DNA of 64,000 nucleotides, taken from the NCBI GenBank assembly GCA_963729605.1, contig CAVSNY010000007.1, forward strand, positions 1,024,001-1,088,000, read 5' to 3'. Made by a program: the position numbers and the translations under genes. Source of the stretch: an uncultured Gammaproteobacteria bacterium. Its GTDB lineage: Bacteria; Pseudomonadota; Gammaproteobacteria; DRLM01. Every line of letters begins with the position of its first letter. The stretch's first letter is position 1. This document shows positions 32,462 to 43,296 of this stretch, in pieces. A model generated the notes under the pieces. It was not told the origin of the DNA. It did no database searches and saw nothing but the letters and a program-made list of their open reading frames with translations.

Positions 32462-35400
32462 ATGGCAGAACCCTACGCAATCAAAATGCCCCAGCTTTCC
32501 GACACCATGACCGAAGGCGTCATTGTGAGCTGGGAAAAGAAAATCGGTGACAAGATCGAGCGCGGCGACATCGTCGCCACCGTCGAGACCGACAAGGCGG
32601 TGATGGACGTCGAGGTGTTCCGCGCCGGTTATCTCTCCGGCCCGATGCTGCCCGCCGACAGCACCGTGCCGGTGGGTGATGCCATCGCTTATCTGGTCGA
32701 AAGCGCCGATCAAGTGCAGCGCGGCGACGCCGCGCCCGCGAAGAAAGAAGCTGCATCAGCGCAGCAGCCCGCGCCGCGCCAGCCGGATCGCGAAGAGATT
32801 CAGCGTGAAGCCGGGCCGGTGCATGAAACGACCGAATCGCACGACACGCATGCCGCCGCCGAGTCGCATGACGAGCACGCCTCCACCGCCGCCGAGTCCG
32901 AGGCCCCCGCAGGCGCGACCTATACCATCAAAATGCCGCAGCTCTCCGACACCATGACCGAAGGTCTGGTCGTGAGCTGGGAGAAGAATCTCGGCGACAA
33001 GATCGCGCGCGGCGACATCGTCGCGACGGTCGAGACCGACAAGGCGGTGATGGACGTCGAGGTGTTCCGCGAAGGTTACCTCTCCGGCCCGCAGGCCGCG
33101 GTCGACAGCACCGTGCATGTCGGCGGCGTGCTCGCGTATCTGGTCGAATCGCCCGAGCAGGTGCAGAAGGGCAGCATCGCCGCCGGCGCCGCGCCCGCGA
33201 AGCAAGCTGCCACGCCTGCCGCGACGAAATCCACGTCGGCCCCCGCGAAACGCGAAGCCGCACCCGTCGCGCCGCAATTGAGCGGCACGGCCAAGCCCGC
33301 GCCGCGTCCCGACAACAAACAGGCCTCGCCGTACGCGCGCAAGCTCGCGGGCGAGCTGCACGTGAATCTCAACAACGTGCGCGGCACCGGCCCCAATGGC
33401 GAGATCACCGCCGACGATGTATTGAAAGCGCAGCCTGTGCATCGTGCCGCCGGCACGGTCGCGCCGATGCCGGCGCACGCCATGCCCGAGGTGCAAGTGC
33501 CCGGCGATGGCCGCCCGATGACGTCGATGGAAAAGGCGGTGAGTCATTCGATGACCGCGTCGCTCACCATGCCGACCTTCCGCGTGTCGGTGAACGCGCA
33601 GCCCGGCGCGCTCATCAAGGCCGCGAAGAAGAAAGGCGTGTCGGTGACGGTCGCGATCGCCAAGGCGTGCGCCGAAGCGATCCAGAAACACCCGCGTATG
33701 AACGCCTGTTATCAGCCCGTCGACAAGATCGTCGAACGCAGCAACATCGACGTCGGCATGGCCGTCTCCGCCGACGGCGGCGGTTTGGTCGTGCCGGTGC
33801 TGCGTCACGCCGAACAGAAGTCGGTCGAAGAATTGAATGAAGCCTGGGGCGGCCTCGTCGAGCGCGCGCGCAAGCGCCGCCTCGCGCCCGAGGAATACGC
33901 CAATCCGACCTTCATGGTCTCGAACATGGGCATGCTCGGCGTCACGTATTTCGACGCGATCCCCACGCCCGGCACGGCCGCGATCCTCGCGATTTCCTCG
34001 GCGGGTAAAGACGGCATGCCGCTCACCATCACCGCCGATCATCGCGTGGTGAATGGCGCCGACGTCGCGGTGTTCCTGAACACGCTGAAGCAGAAGATCG
34101 AGCAGCCGGAAGAATGGATAGGCCCGCTGGGCTCTGCCATTCCCGAAGGCGATTGGAATTACGACGTGGTCGTGATCGGCGGCGGACCCGGCGGCGAAGA
34201 CTGCGCGCGCGATCTCGCCGAGCATGGCTTGAAGGTCGCGATGATCAACGACGCGCCGCTGCCCGGCGGCGAATGTCTGTGGCGCGGCTGCATACCGTCG
34301 AAGGCGTGGCGCGCGGCGGCGGATCGCATCCGCGACCGCGTGCACGATGAACACCTCGGCGTCGAGAACACCACCGACGCGCGCCTCAACTGGGCCAAGC
34401 TCGAAGAGACACGCCGCAAGGTGCTCGAGACGCGCGGCGAAATGGCGCTCAAGACCGACACCGGCGTCAAGATCAAAGTCATCCAAGGCTACGCCTCGTT
34501 CGAGACTGACCACCGCATCTTCGTCGACACCTCGAACAACCAAACCGAACGCCACGCGCGCGCCGCGGCCGGCGACCGCAGCAAAGGCGAACACATCACC
34601 TTCGGCTGCGCGGTCATCGCTACCGGCGCGCCGCCGTTCGTACCGCCCATCCCCGGCGCGCACGAAGGCGTGCAGAGCGGCGGTGTGCTCACCTCCGACA
34701 CCGTGTGGTGGCTGAAAGAAGTGCCGAAGACGCTGGCCGTGGTCGGCGGCGGCGCCATCGGCGTCGAGATGGCGCAGATCTTCCAGGACTTCGGCAGCGA
34801 AGTCGTGCTGGTCGAGGCGCAGCCGCGCATCCTCGCCGAGGTCGAGCCCGAGGTCGCGAAGAATCTCACGCAGATACTCAACGACGATCCGCGCCTCACC
34901 ATCCACACCGGCGCCAAGGTCAGCGAGATCAAAGGCACGCCCGGCAAGATGCAGCTCGTGTTCGAAGACGGCGAAGGCAAGAAGACTACGGTCGCCTGCG
35001 ATTACGTGCTGATGGCGACCGGCAAACGCCCCGTGCTCGAACCGCTCGAGTTGAATAACGCCGGCGTTGCGATCGAAAAAGGTGTGATCAAGGCCGACGT
35101 GCGTTGCCGCACCAGCGTGCCGCACATCTTCGCCGTGGGCGACGTCATCGGCGGCTACATGCTCGCGCACACCGCGGGGCAACAAGGCCGCGTCGCCGCC
35201 GCCAACATCCTCGGCGAAGACATGAAGTACGACCAGGATAAAGACTGTGGCGTCATCTTCACGCGACCCGAAGCCGCGTTCGTCGGCCTCTCCGTTGACC
35301 AAGCGAAAGCCAAAGGCATCGACGCCGCGGAAGTGAAAGTGCCCATGGCCATTGATGCCAAGGCCATGATCACCGCCGAGACGCAAGGCCTCATCAAAAT

Positions 35401-35623
35401 CGTCGCCGACAAACAAAGTCACCGCATCGTCGGCGTCCACTTCCTCGCCGACCACGCCGACACCTTGATCGGCGAAGCGGTGATGATGGTCTCCGCCAAC
35501 ATGAGCTTGGAACAAGTCGCGCAGGCCATCCATCCGCATCCGACGCAAACGGAGTTGTTCGGAGAGATGGCGAGGAGGCTGCTGTCGCGATTGAGGCGGA
35601 GTGAAAAAGCGAAGGCGAAATAA
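32462..35623 (+). CDS. Fused PDH E2 (2 lipoyl + binding + acetyltransferase) - E3 dihydrolipoamide dehydrogenase
   Basis: Two ETDKA lipoyl motifs, ASPYARKLA, DHRVVNG, then GGGPGG, CLWRGC and HPHPTQTE in one ORF. Confidence 0.92.
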   Translation: MAEPYAIKMPQLSDTMTEGVIVSWEKKIGDKIERGDIVATVETDKAVMDVEVFRAGYLSGPMLPADSTVPVGDAIAYLVESADQVQRGDAAPAKKEAASAQQPAPRQPDREEIQREAGPVHETTESHDTHAAAESHDEHASTAAESEAPAGATYTIKMPQLSDTMTEGLVVSWEKNLGDKIARGDIVATVETDKAVMDVEVFREGYLSGPQAAVDSTVHVGGVLAYLVESPEQVQKGSIAAGAAPAKQAATPAATKSTSAPAKREAAPVAPQLSGTAKPAPRPDNKQASPYARKLAGELHVNLNNVRGTGPNGEITADDVLKAQPVHRAAGTVAPMPAHAMPEVQVPGDGRPMTSMEKAVSHSMTASLTMPTFRVSVNAQPGALIKAAKKKGVSVTVAIAKACAEAIQKHPRMNACYQPVDKIVERSNIDVGMAVSADGGGLVVPVLRHAEQKSVEELNEAWGGLVERARKRRLAPEEYANPTFMVSNMGMLGVTYFDAIPTPGTAAILAISSAGKDGMPLTITADHRVVNGADVAVFLNTLKQKIEQPEEWIGPLGSAIPEGDWNYDVVVIGGGPGGEDCARDLAEHGLKVAMINDAPLPGGECLWRGCIPSKAWRAAADRIRDRVHDEHLGVENTTDARLNWAKLEETRRKVLETRGEMALKTDTGVKIKVIQGYASFETDHRIFVDTSNNQTERHARAAAGDRSKGEHITFGCAVIATGAPPFVPPIPGAHEGVQSGGVLTSDTVWWLKEVPKTLAVVGGGAIGVEMAQIFQDFGSEVVLVEAQPRILAEVEPEVAKNLTQILNDDPRLTIHTGAKVSEIKGTPGKMQLVFEDGEGKKTTVACDYVLMATGKRPVLEPLELNNAGVAIEKGVIKADVRCRTSVPHIFAVGDVIGGYMLAHTAGQQGRVAAANILGEDMKYDQDKDCGVIFTRPEAAFVGLSVDQAKAKGIDAAEVKVPMAIDAKAMITAETQGLIKIVADKQSHRIVGVHFLADHADTLIGEAVMMVSANMSLEQVAQAIHPHPTQTELFGEMARRLLSRLRRSEKAKAK

Positions 35624-35644
35624 TCCGCCGCTTTATATCCCCCC

Positions 35645-35673
35645 AAGGCCAGCACCCGCTGGCCTTTTCTTTT
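35645..35673 (+). terminator. Intrinsic terminator after the pdh operon
   Basis: AAGGCCAGC-accc-GCTGGCCTTTTCTTTT. Confidence 0.75.
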
Positions 35674-35755
35674 ACTGGGCTTGTGGCGCGTCCCCGCGCG
35701 TTCTATGATCGTGGCCAAATAACCCAATAAATACCGCGTATCTCGAGGGGGGAGT

Positions 35756-36100
35756 ATGTTGGTCGGCACCGTCCGCAGGCCCGGCGCCAAGGGCACTCGC
35801 AAATTCGTCGAACACTACGGCGACCGCTTGATTTGCGTGCGTTACCGTCACGACCCTGCCCAGGGCCGCCGTGACAAGACGGCGGAACCCATCGTAGAAG
35901 CAAGCCGGTGGTGTCCCTCGTCCGTATCCGTGTCTGCCCTCCTCGTGTGTCGCCGTGCGTATAGGCATATATGAAAAGACCTGCAACCCAAAACAACGCC
36001 TGGGCGGTATATAGCGAGCCGCGGAACGTCAGTGGCATACCCCGAATTCGAAGTGCGTAAGCTGGGCTTGGCGGGCTGTATTGTGAGGAAAGATGAAGGT
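35756..36100 (+). pseudogene. Degenerate hypothetical gene immediately upstream of cassette array 2
   Basis: PGAKGTRKFVEHYGDRLICVRYR..KT; other frames give VAVRIGIYE, GGI*, VRKLGL; frameshifts and a stop. Confidence 0.55.
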
Positions 36101-36175
36101 CTAGAGGTGCTGGATATGAGGCCTTGGGTACTGAATATAGGTCCGTGGTAGTACCGGTTGGAAAAGGCACTGTGG

Positions 36176-36196
36176 GGTCGAATTTAAGTTAGCCAA
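36176..36196 (+). other. attI-like simple site / first core site of array 2
   Basis: GGTCGAA-tttaa-GTTAGCCAA; matches 7/9 the complement of the downstream attC start TTGTCTAAT. Confidence 0.6.
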
Positions 36197-36214
36197 CAAA
36201 GAGGAGGTTGCGGA

Positions 36215-36598
36215 ATGGCTACGACAGACTGGGACTTGGCGGGTACTTTTCAGGCGCGATTTCCGCATACTTTTAACGCGCTGCAGAAGCTCGTTATGGC
36301 CATGGCCGCTTATAAAAAGAATCGTGGGAAGAAAACGATGCTCGGGAAGGACAAAGGGTTGGATTCATACAAGAAGTTCGAAAGCGTTCTTCGGGATACG
36401 TTGTTAGCCATGGTCGTGGATGGGGCAGTGGAAAGAAACGTAAAGGCGAAAGAGTGCCGCGAAACTCTTACGGAGATGGTCGCGGCTTTTGCGGAAGTAT
36501 TTCCAAATTGGCAGGACGCGTACTCATTTGCGGACGAATATTTCATAAAGAACGCTGTCACTGCCGAAGATAGAATTCGAGACATGTTGCGCCAGTAA
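36215..36598 (+). CDS. Cassette hypothetical protein (gene 1 of a two-gene cassette)
   Basis: Strong RBS GAGGAGG, lower GC, follows the core site. Confidence 0.8.
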   Translation: MATTDWDLAGTFQARFPHTFNALQKLVMAMAAYKKNRGKKTMLGKDKGLDSYKKFESVLRDTLLAMVVDGAVERNVKAKECRETLTEMVAAFAEVFPNWQDAYSFADEYFIKNAVTAEDRIRDMLRQ

Positions 36599-36880
36599 CC
36601 TGGCGACTTCTGTGAGGGTATAACGATGGGGCTATGGGACTCAGTATTTGGAAAGAAGGTTACGATTCAAGGTCGTGATGAAAACGGCAAACCATTCGAA
36701 ACCAAGGTATCTGAAAAGCAGTTCAAGAAATGGGAGCAGGAAGGTCTTCTGAGTAAAACAGAGGTAGTTGAAGTACACGTCCTCGATCCGAAAGGTAGTT
36801 ACACCACACATTGGAAAGTTGGTGAGGACATTTCCGCCGAAGTGGTCGAAAAATTCAAGAACCCGGCCACCATGTAGTGG

Positions 36881-38088
<1,208 letters not shown>

Positions 38089-38235
38089 TCACCCAGAATC
38101 AGGTGGCCAAATCGACTATGCCACTACACCAACAAACTTTACGCATTTACTGTGTACGAAGCAGGGGAACCAAAGACCAGCGTGCTTCAATACGCCAAGT
38201 GGCTGGAAATTAAAGTGGCAATGGGAGAGTGAATT

Positions 38236-38323
38236 GTCTAATAAGCACAAGCACGCAGACCGAAAAAAGCGCCACTCGTTCCTCTCTCTGCTTTTTTCGG
38301 CCGGTGATGCGCGGCGGTTAGGC
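38236..38323 (+). repeat. attC site 3 (R'' AAC appears mutated to AAT)
   Basis: GTCTAAT...CCGAAAAAAGC..GCTTTTTTCGG...GTTAGGC hairpin right after the stop codon. Confidence 0.8.
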
Positions 38324-38344
38324 TAACAAAAATGGGGGCGTGAA

Positions 38345-38797
38345 ATGATTGAACGTTTGAATCTAAAAATATTCATAATTGGTGCTGTCTTTCTAATTGT
38401 TGGTTGCGCATCTACTGCACGTCTCTATCCTAGCAACGATCTGGCTTCAAGCATTGGCATGCTTAAAGCTACATATATGGATTATGGTGTTGGTGGCGGA
38501 AAAATTACGATAAATATGCCTGATGGAGAAACCCTGACTGGGGAATACTCTACTGCGGATACAAGTTCCTATGGTTTTGGTAATGTCTATGCCAGTGTGT
38601 ATGGAACGAATGGCAGTGCGTTTGGTTCCGGGACATCGACAATGACTGCGGTTTCTGGTTCAAGTCCAGGAGTGGCTTCATTGTATGGTGACAAAGGAAC
38701 ATCTATGACCTGTGAATATTTTGTGAACAATTGGACTGGAAAAGGGGCAGGTGCATGCAAGTCATCCTCGGGCGCTCTTTTCAAGCTGCATTTCTAG
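38345..38797 (+). CDS. Cassette lipoprotein, hypothetical
   Basis: Lipobox IVGC; bounded by attC sites. Confidence 0.8.
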   Translation: MIERLNLKIFIIGAVFLIVGCASTARLYPSNDLASSIGMLKATYMDYGVGGGKITINMPDGETLTGEYSTADTSSYGFGNVYASVYGTNGSAFGSGTSTMTAVSGSSPGVASLYGDKGTSMTCEYFVNNWTGKGAGACKSSSGALFKLHF

Positions 38798-38807
38798 ATG
38801 TACCGCG

Positions 38808-38913
38808 GCCTAACAAGGCAAATTCACGCGGACACATTTCCGCAACGCTCGTTTGTGGCGAATGCCACAAGCCTCCTGTTGCTACAATGTGCCGGTGATT
38901 TGCGGCGTTAGGC
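38808..38913 (+). repeat. attC site 4
   Basis: GCCTAAC...GTTAGGC canonical ends, 106-bp imperfect palindrome. Confidence 0.9.
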
Positions 38914-38919
38914 TTCACC

Positions 38920-39675
38920 ATGAGCAACGGCGGTATCTATCTCATCATCCATAAGCCCACGGGCAAGGTATACGTTGGTCAAGCCATTAGCTACTTGCGC
39001 CGATGGAAAAAACATAGCGAGGATCTCGATTCAGGACTGCATCATAATTACAAGCTGCAATCGCTGTGGACTCGTGATGGCCCATCAGCTTTTGAATTCA
39101 AGAAGCTACGCTTGCTTCCTGATGGGTTAACCGCACTGGAACGCCAACGCTGGCTAGTCCGAATGGAGAGAGAATCTTGGGACTTCTATCGAAAGAGCGA
39201 TCTGGCACTGAATATTGCATCACCAGAAATCGTCGAAACACCAGACGCGTTGGCCGAATACAAATTGGAACGTAAGAACACAACAAGTGAATTAACCGCT
39301 CACATTAAATCACTAAAACCACAAATTGAAGAAGCCCAGCTTAACTTTCGCACGAAATCGCGTGACGAATACGAATTCCGAATGGCGTTTGAAAAAGCGT
39401 GGGCACTGCTAAAGAGAAATTCTGGCTGGCGCGGCTTCCTATTTGGTAAAACCACATCAACACCTGTGGAGATATTGAAGAGAGAAGCCGAACGCCGTGC
39501 AGCCGAACTTATTAACGCGGAACTAGCGACGCGCCATGCTAACGATCTACTTCAGTCACTTGAGAAGCAGCGAAAGGAGCTGTATCGCTCCTATCCCGGC
39601 AACCAAGACCGTCGGATACGCGGAACCGATCTCTTCTTATTTACCCGTCAGAAAAATAAGACCACTATACGGTAA
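38920..39675 (+). CDS. Cassette GIY-YIG nuclease with coiled-coil C-terminus
   Basis: GIYLI...VYVGQA...RW..H...HHN..LQ..W motif. Confidence 0.85.
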   Translation: MSNGGIYLIIHKPTGKVYVGQAISYLRRWKKHSEDLDSGLHHNYKLQSLWTRDGPSAFEFKKLRLLPDGLTALERQRWLVRMERESWDFYRKSDLALNIASPEIVETPDALAEYKLERKNTTSELTAHIKSLKPQIEEAQLNFRTKSRDEYEFRMAFEKAWALLKRNSGWRGFLFGKTTSTPVEILKREAERRAAELINAELATRHANDLLQSLEKQRKELYRSYPGNQDRRIRGTDLFLFTRQKNKTTIR

Positions 39676-39705
39676 AATGAAGCGGCGCGCTCAAAACCCA
39701 AGCTC

Positions 39706-39971
39706 GTAGGGCGGAAGCCCAAAGGGCGTTTCGCCGCATGGGTTAGGCCAACGGGACCAAACCCAAAACCGGGACAGATTTATTTATCCCTTTGAAAGAG
39801 TGTCTTTCGTAGACAACGTGGAAGAAATAGTAGGAAGGCGGATCGAAAAGCGCGCACCCGGCAGGCCGCAAAAGGCTGTGCCAAATGCAGAGTAGATTGT
39901 GATTGACGAGGGATAAAATAAATCTGCCCCCATTTTTCCCGGCCGAACGTCCTCTGGGCTTCCGCCCTATG
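39706..39971. repeat. Inverted REP pair (second REP family) flanking the mini-element
   Basis: CGTAGGGCGGAAGCCC...TTCGCC and GGCCGAA...GGGCTTCCGCCCTATG. Confidence 0.7.
39770..39931 (+). mobile_element. ~162-bp inverted-repeat mini-element, copy 2
   Basis: GGGACAGATTTATTT / AAATAAATCTGCCCC ends; FVDNVEEIVGRRIEKRAPGRP peptide; colinear with 9311-9473. Confidence 0.75.
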
Positions 39972-40005
39972 CGAGTTGGACTTGCCCTCCTCAGTTGGCG
40001 AAGGC

Positions 40006-40039
40006 GGATGCCGTCCCCTCTATCGAGGGGACGGCATCC
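40006..40039. terminator. Perfect 15-bp hairpin downstream of the repeat-protein gene
   Basis: GGATGCCGTCCCCTC-tatc-GAGGGGACGGCATCC; no clear U tract. Confidence 0.5.
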
Positions 40040-40069
40040 TAATCACCAGCAATGAACATCGTTGCTCCG

Positions 40070-41464
40070 TCAGGTCAGTCTCCGCTCGCGCCGGCATCGC
40101 GGGAAGACTGTAGCCGCGGCGAGCAGCAACGCCAGCAGCCCGAGACCCACAGCTCCGCCGCCACCGCCGCCGGACGTGCGATCCGACGTGTCACCGGACG
40201 TACCGCCGGACGTACCGCCAGGCGTGCCCCCGCCACTGTTGTTGCCGCCAGGCGTTTCGTCGCTAACGCCAAGCGCGACACGGACCACCGCACCGCAGGG
40301 CACAGTAGTGGGTCCAGGGGCAGCGCACTGGCCGCTGCCGCCGAATCGCGCCGTGCCATAAAGATGTCCGTCGCTGCCCTGGATAAAGCCACCCTGGAGG
40401 AAGCCCACTAAGTTGAAGCCCTGCGCCACTAGGTCCGACAGACTGATCAGCATCGTCACATTGCCCGCGGGTGTGATGCGGACGATGCCCATGTCTGCGT
40501 TGACGAACGTGTGCAGAATCTCAATCTCACCCGTTGGCGTAATACTGAAGAAGGAGTTGCCGGCGCCGCCGTAGAAGCCATAGAAATTGCCGTCCTCCGC
40601 ATAAACCAAGCCGCCGGCCGAGACGGAGCTAACGCTGCCCAGGCCCAACAAGCCATAGAGTTTGTCGCCAGGCCCACGCGTGAGGCGGGAAGGGATTTCG
40701 AAGTTCGCGGTGAAGGCGTGCACCAGTTCATAGTCTCCTTCGGAGGTGATGCGAAACACGGTGCCGCATTGCGAATTCGCGCAACTGCCGAATATTGGGG
40801 TCGTGCCATAGAGCGCACCATCCGGCCCCTGCACTAGGGTGGCGCGCGGGCCTGCCCCCTGGAGCCCGTTGAAGCTGTGCAGCAGGGTGACCCCCCCCTC
40901 CGGTGTCATGCGGTACGCCGCGCCGATGGTCGTTGACCCGCCGCCGCTGGTCGTCCCGTAGAAATTACCGTCGCCACCCAGAGTCAAACCACCCACGGGC
41001 GTGGCTGGATTCCCCACCCCCCCGAACGAATGCAGACGGGTGAATTCACCGGCGGGCGTGATCTTGAAGGCGGTTCCGAGGCCCGGAGCCGTTCCGGACA
41101 ACGACGTGACGCCGTAAAGGTTGCCATCCTCACCGACTGTGAGTTCGGCGGGGATCTGACAGCCATGCTGAGCGCCGAGCATCGAATGGAGTCGCTCGAA
41201 TTCTCCGGAGGCCGTCACGCTGAAGATCGTGCCGCAGCCGTCATCACCGCCCAGATAGGTCGTTCCGTAGAACTTACCCTGATGCTCCAGCAGACGCGAG
41301 ACCGGCTGCTGGCCTTGGCCGAGGCTGTCATCGAAGGAGTGAATGATGGTCAGAGTTGCACCGGCCGCGATTGCCGCTGGCGCAAGACCGGCGCATAGCA
41401 AGGCCAAGGCGAGGCCGACGAAGAACGGATTAGGTGAGATGTAGTAGCGCCTAAAAGCACACAT
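40070..41464 (-). CDS. Secreted tandem-repeat (GloVer-like beta-propeller) protein with GlyGly-CTERM anchor
   Basis: Signal peptide; repeats LHSF..G..P...L...DG.LYGTT..GG...GTVF; tail SGGGGGGAVGLGLLALLL...RRERR. Confidence 0.8.
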   Translation of the reverse strand: MCAFRRYYISPNPFFVGLALALLCAGLAPAAIAAGATLTIIHSFDDSLGQGQQPVSRLLEHQGKFYGTTYLGGDDGCGTIFSVTASGEFERLHSMLGAQHGCQIPAELTVGEDGNLYGVTSLSGTAPGLGTAFKITPAGEFTRLHSFGGVGNPATPVGGLTLGGDGNFYGTTSGGGSTTIGAAYRMTPEGGVTLLHSFNGLQGAGPRATLVQGPDGALYGTTPIFGSCANSQCGTVFRITSEGDYELVHAFTANFEIPSRLTRGPGDKLYGLLGLGSVSSVSAGGLVYAEDGNFYGFYGGAGNSFFSITPTGEIEILHTFVNADMGIVRITPAGNVTMLISLSDLVAQGFNLVGFLQGGFIQGSDGHLYGTARFGGSGQCAAPGPTTVPCGAVVRVALGVSDETPGGNNSGGGTPGGTSGGTSGDTSDRTSGGGGGGAVGLGLLALLLAAATVFPRCRRERRLT

Positions 41465-41583
41465 TTTGCCTCCAAATTATTGTTGCTTGTTGTAAAGCTG
41501 GTGGACCGAGCTTTCGGATCATACCCCAGTATCTGTACTTGAAGTGAACCGCCCCGTGTTTTGCGGAGGCTGTTTGGTTTAAG

Positions 41584-42435
41584 TCATGCTGCAATCGCAG
41601 CATGACGGCGGTATTGCCTGTAGTAGTTTGCCTCAGCTTCTGCTGGAGGGATATACCCCAGAGGCTCTAATAGCCGGTGGTGGTTAAACCACGAGACCCA
41701 TTCCAGGGTCGCCAGCTCCACGGATTCCCGGGTTTTCCAGGGTCCCCGACGATGGATCAGCTCGGCCTTGTACAGCCCGTTGATCGTCTCGGCCAATGCG
41801 TTATCGTAGCTGTCGCCCTTGCTGCCGACCGAAGGCTCGATGCCGGCCTCGGCCAGTCGCTCGGTGTAGCGGATCGAGACGTATTGCGAGCCCCTGTCGC
41901 TGTGATGGATCAGGGCATCCTCTGGTTCGGGCTGCCGGGCGTACAGAGCTTGCTCCAGTGCGTCGAGCACGAAGTCCGTGGCCATGGTGCGGCTGACCCG
42001 CCAACCGACGATGCGCCGGGCGAAGACATCAATGACGAAGGCCACATACAGCCAGCCCTGCCAGGTCGACACATACGTGAAATCCGACACCCAGAGCTGG
42101 TTGGGCCTGTCCGCCTTGAACTGTCGATTGACCCGGTCCAGCGGGCGTGGCGCCGAGTGGTCAGGCACGGTGGTGCGAACCGCCTTGCCACGGCGCACAC
42201 CCTGCAGGCCCAGGCGCTTCATCAGACGCTCGACCGTACAACGGGCCACCTCGATGCCCTCGCGGTTCAGCTGCCGCCAGACTTTGTCGGCGCCGTACAC
42301 CTGCAGGTGGGTGTGCCAGACACGCTGAATATGCGACATCAATACCTCATCGCGCTTGGCCCGGGCGCTGCGCAGATCCGGATCGCGCCGCCGGGCCGCA
42401 TGGCGCCGGTAGGCCGATGGGGCAACCTGCAACAC
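41584..42435 (-). CDS. IS3 transposase OrfB (DDE)
   Basis: WVSDFTYV, HHSDRGSQY and GDSYDNALAE motifs. Confidence 0.92.
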   Translation of the reverse strand: MLQVAPSAYRRHAARRRDPDLRSARAKRDEVLMSHIQRVWHTHLQVYGADKVWRQLNREGIEVARCTVERLMKRLGLQGVRRGKAVRTTVPDHSAPRPLDRVNRQFKADRPNQLWVSDFTYVSTWQGWLYVAFVIDVFARRIVGWRVSRTMATDFVLDALEQALYARQPEPEDALIHHSDRGSQYVSIRYTERLAEAGIEPSVGSKGDSYDNALAETINGLYKAELIHRRGPWKTRESVELATLEWVSWFNHHRLLEPLGYIPPAEAEANYYRQYRRHAAIAA

Positions 42436-42488
42436 CTTGCAGATCGGCTCGACCCCATAAGCATCCCGGTGCTGGTCGATGTAGGTAT

Positions 42489-42812
42489 TTACGACTTCAG
42501 TTTGCGGTCGAGCTCCGCCTGTGCGAAAAAAGCGCTGGCGGTACGCAGTATCTCATTGGCGCGCCGCAACTCCTTGTTCTCGCGCTCCAGCTCCTTGATG
42601 CGCTGTGTCTCGGACGTGGTCGTGCCAGGACGCGCTCCGGCATCGGCCTCCGTACGCTTAACCCACTCCAGCAGCGTCCCGGGTACACAGCCAATCTTCG
42701 GGGCGATCGACTCCACGGCCATCCACAACGACGGGTATTCCCCGCGATGCTCCTGCACCATTCGAACCGCACGTTCACGGACTTCAGGTGAAAACTTGTT
42801 CGACTTTTTCAT
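42489..42812 (-). CDS. IS3 transposase OrfA
   Basis: [14 protein letters not shown] and [12 protein letters not shown] motifs. Confidence 0.92.
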   Translation of the reverse strand: MKKSNKFSPEVRERAVRMVQEHRGEYPSLWMAVESIAPKIGCVPGTLLEWVKRTEADAGARPGTTTSETQRIKELERENKELRRANEILRTASAFFAQAELDRKLKS

Positions 42813-42994
42813 GGCTCCATTCTCTCAAATGTTGGAGCCTCCTCAAAACCCGGGGCGGTTCAAAGCGCCAACCCTTGCCCGGAGGAGTGACTATAAAAAA
42901 TCCGGGCTCGTCGTACAACCTTGGCAGCTTCCGGCCGGGTTTGGCGTTGCGTATCAAGTTCGCGTAGGGTGGATGCGTGAAGCGCGATCCGCTG

Positions 42995-43183
42995 GAGAAG
43001 CATAAAACTGTAAAAGAGGTGGCCGCAAAGATTTCTCAGGCTTTTAGAAGTGAAGTTGCACATGGAGAAAATGGAAATATCTTTTCCTATAAGATGTACT
43101 CCGAAGGGGAAGAACGTCATGCCATTGTTATGACGTTTTATGAAGGCTTTGAAATTACAGTGATCTTGCAAAGTAACATATAG
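42995..43183 (+). pseudogene. 5'-truncated low-GC cassette gene fragment
   Basis: Open frame begins at a REP (42963-42992) and ends at an attC-like hairpin. Confidence 0.5.
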
Positions 43184-43242
43184 CACGTCGCTTCAGCCGA
43201 CGCCGGTGCTAATCACCTCCTCGGCTGAGCTTGGCGTTCACA
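43177..43242 (+). repeat. Degenerate attC-like site
   Basis: GTCGCTTCAGCCGA...TCGGCTGAGCTTGGCGTT internal boxes typical of attC; ends eroded. Confidence 0.6.
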
Positions 43243-43296
43243 AGAGCCGAACTATCACGTTTAGGCTTTTATTCTACGCAATCCATGGGAGGATTT

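Larger units (their letters stand above)
41545..42862 (-). mobile_element. IS3-family element, IS51/IS629 group, 1318 bp
   Basis: IRs TGAACCGCCCCG..TTTTG.GGAGGC; AAG target duplication; orfA/orfB. Confidence 0.93.

Noticed and set aside
32756-35548. 930-aa minus-strand ORF
   Set aside because: Antisense shadow of the GC-rich E2-E3 gene; the same applies to many long antisense ORFs (e.g. 56406-57956, 13738-14859)
41677-43005. 442-aa plus-strand ORF
   Set aside because: Antisense to the IS3 transposase; no independent motifs
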